DNA from: Firmicutes bacterium UBA5766
GTDB lineage: Bacteria; Bacillota; Desulfotomaculia; Desulfotomaculales; Nap2-2B
DNA: 64,000 nt
NCBI GenBank assembly: GCA_002418775.1
Contig: DIEU01000049.1
Location: 32,241-96,240, forward strand
Reading direction: 5' to 3'
The notes beneath the pieces are model-generated. The model was not told where the DNA came from. It saw nothing but the letters and a program-made list of their open reading frames with translations, and made no database searches. The first letter of the stretch is position 1. Each line of letters starts with the position of its first letter. Below are positions 62,508-64,000 of this stretch, piece after piece. The translations under genes were made by a program, and so were the position numbers.

Positions 62508-62931
62508 AGGAAGAGCTGCTTTTTTTGCAAGGTTAATGGGCATAGTGCAAGTATTTGCCTGATCATGGTTTTAGAAAAGAAAGACATTGCCCCTGTTTAT
62601 GTCAGTGGAAGCATTGAGGTGTTTGCGACGCCGGTCATTATTACTCTTGTGGAAAATGCAGCGTTTTCTTCCGTAGAGCCTTTTTTAGGAGGTGATCTGA
62701 CGACTGTCGGGATCTATGTAAATGTTCGGCATCTTTCGGTGACGTTTGTTGTTGTATAGGTTGAGGCTCAGGCTGAACCAACCGGAGTAAACGGCAGAAA
62801 CCGGTTTTTAGGTAACTGCCTGTAATGAGAGTAAAAAGATTGGTTCAGAAACTCATGAACATTACGTGGTTTCCATAGCAAAAATTTTTAAAAAGCTAAC
62901 TGATTGTTATTCTGAGTGGTTTAATTTTTAA
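62508..62931 (+). pseudogene. hotdog-fold thioesterase (FlK-like family) pseudogene
   Basis: Conceptual translation gives '..KVNGHSASICLIMVLEKKDIAPVYVSGSIEVFATPVIITLVENAA...TTVGIYVNVRHLSVTFVVV*VEAQAEPTGVNGRNRFL', then a +1 shift, then 'VTACNESKKIGSETHEHYVVSIAKIFKK'. There is an in-frame TAG at 62757-62759, a frameshift near 62811, and no start codon at the expected N-terminus. Confidence 0.6.
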
Positions 62932-62992
62932 TTTATAGATAGGAGCGGCGCAAAATAATTTTAAATTTTACAGAAAAAAGGAGGTTTCTGTT

Positions 62993-64000
62993 TTGCAGCA
63001 GCCAGAAGCGATTGTAGTTTTTTTTCTACTTGCTGTAGTTTCGGTGGTAGCCTTTCTTTATGCCGCCAGCTGGCGTGTGGGAGTAGTAACTTTAGGCGAA
63101 AAGGAAAACAGGCTGGACAACCCCGGTCAGCGGTTCGGAAATTTCATAATGAACGTTTTTGCACAACGAAAGCTATTAGCCAAAAAAATCGGAATTGTGC
63201 ATTTCTTTATTTTCTGGGGTTTTATTTTTATCTGCCTTGGGGAGATACCGCTGTTCTTTGAGGGACTGTTCGGTATAAAAGTGCCTTTCTTCAGCACAAG
63301 TCCTATCTTTATTACGTTTCAGAATGTAATATCGTTGATTGTAGTGATTGTCCTGATTGTAGCGGTATACAGAAGGTGGGTGCTAAAACCTGATTATCTT
63401 TACCGTACTTCGGAAGCAGCCATAATTGTAATCTTAATCTTTGGCGTAGTAATTACTGAATGGTTTTCAACCTCAGCCAGGCTGGCTCTGGAGCCGAATC
63501 CGGCAGCAGCTTTTGCCCCGGCGTACAGCGTTATTGCTTCATGGCTGGCGGGCTACAGCAAAGAAGTGTTAGAAAAGGTCAGTGTTTTCTTCTGGTGGGC
63601 CCATATGCTGATCCTGTTAGGCTTTCTTGTTTACATTCCCAATTCTAAGCATATGCATTTATTGTTTGCTCCGTTTAACGCCTTTTTTGCCTCTTTGGAG
63701 CCTCGCGGAGCCCAAATCAGGGGAATGAATCTTGAAGATGAAGAAGTAACCGAGTTTGGGGTGGGAAGAATTGAACAGTTTACCTGGAAACAGCTTTTAG
63801 ACAGCCTTTCCTGCGGTGAGTGCGGGCGTTGTATGGATAACTGTCCTGCTAATCTTTCCAAAAAACCTCTGAATCCAAAGCAACTGCTCAGCCGGCAGTT
63901 AAAAGAACACATGCTTGAAAAAGGCACTTTAATGTTAAAGAAGGGGTTATTCAACACGGGTGAGGAGGCGGCGGATCAGGTTGAAAAAGTTATCGCTGCG
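62993..64000 (+). CDS. membrane-anchored Fe-S oxidoreductase (polytopic N-terminal domain fused to an HdrD/GlpC-like ferredoxin domain), partial; continues past the window
   Basis: It is not in the supplied ORF track because there is no stop in the window. I read 336 codons without a stop from TTG 62993, 8 nt after AAGGAGG. There are several TM segments ('IVHFFIFWGFIFICLG', 'FFWWAHMLILLGFLVYIP'), then 'CGECGRCMDNCP' (a CxxCxxCxxxCP 4Fe-4S motif). Confidence 0.75.
   Translation, partial: MQQPEAIVVFFLLAVVSVVAFLYAASWRVGVVTLGEKENRLDNPGQRFGNFIMNVFAQRKLLAKKIGIVHFFIFWGFIFICLGEIPLFFEGLFGIKVPFFSTSPIFITFQNVISLIVVIVLIVAVYRRWVLKPDYLYRTSEAAIIVILIFGVVITEWFSTSARLALEPNPAAAFAPAYSVIASWLAGYSKEVLEKVSVFFWWAHMLILLGFLVYIPNSKHMHLLFAPFNAFFASLEPRGAQIRGMNLEDEEVTEFGVGRIEQFTWKQLLDSLSCGECGRCMDNCPANLSKKPLNPKQLLSRQLKEHMLEKGTLMLKKGLFNTGEEAADQVEKVIAA

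Overview
The window is 64 kb from what looks like a motile, strictly anaerobic Firmicute. A Clostridia / Peptococcaceae-like origin is only my inference from gene content; no rRNA or other marker gene is present.

Layout:
- (1) 1-6.2 kb, plus strand: a glycan cluster with two AsnB-like amidotransferases, two glycosyltransferases and a secreted 3xFN3 protein.
- (2) 6.4-11.6 kb: a Crp/Fnr regulator, class III ribonucleotide reductase nrdD-nrdG (nrdD is interrupted by an intein) and a gamma-carbonic-anhydrase-like protein.
- (3) 12.0-13.3 kb: an unknown protein translationally coupled to a CBS-GGDEF protein.
- (4) 13.3-21.0 kb, minus strand: a nonulosonic-acid (legionaminic/sialic-like) biosynthesis set plus a Maf protein, i.e. 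a flagellin glycosylation island.
- (5) 21.1-31.5 kb, minus strand: late flagellar genes (fliS, fliD, flaG, two tandem flagellins, flgL, flgK, flgN, flgM, motA, motB).
- (6) 32.3-57.9 kb, plus strand: one long fla/che operon running flgB to cheD, including flhF/flhG, a PilZ protein and sigD/fliA.
- (7) 58.4-64 kb: an MFS transporter, a mini beta-CA-like protein, acetyl-CoA synthetase, a decayed thioesterase gene and a partial membrane Fe-S oxidoreductase that is missing from the supplied ORF track.

I saw no rRNA, tRNA, CRISPR array or transposase. I did not find a convincing novel multi-gene system such as a defence island.

The most unusual items are:
- a LAGLIDADG intein in nrdD;
- an 828-aa FliK carrying near-identical 318-bp tandem repeats;
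- a chimeric flgK'/flgL' scar that records the flagellin duplication;
- tandemly duplicated sigma-28 promoters ahead of flgM;
- a 38-nt bipartite promoter-like motif shared by the flgB operon and the GGDEF operon;
- a glycosylation island that lacks the expected aminotransferase.

All functional calls rest on motif and family recognition by eye. No database search was run.
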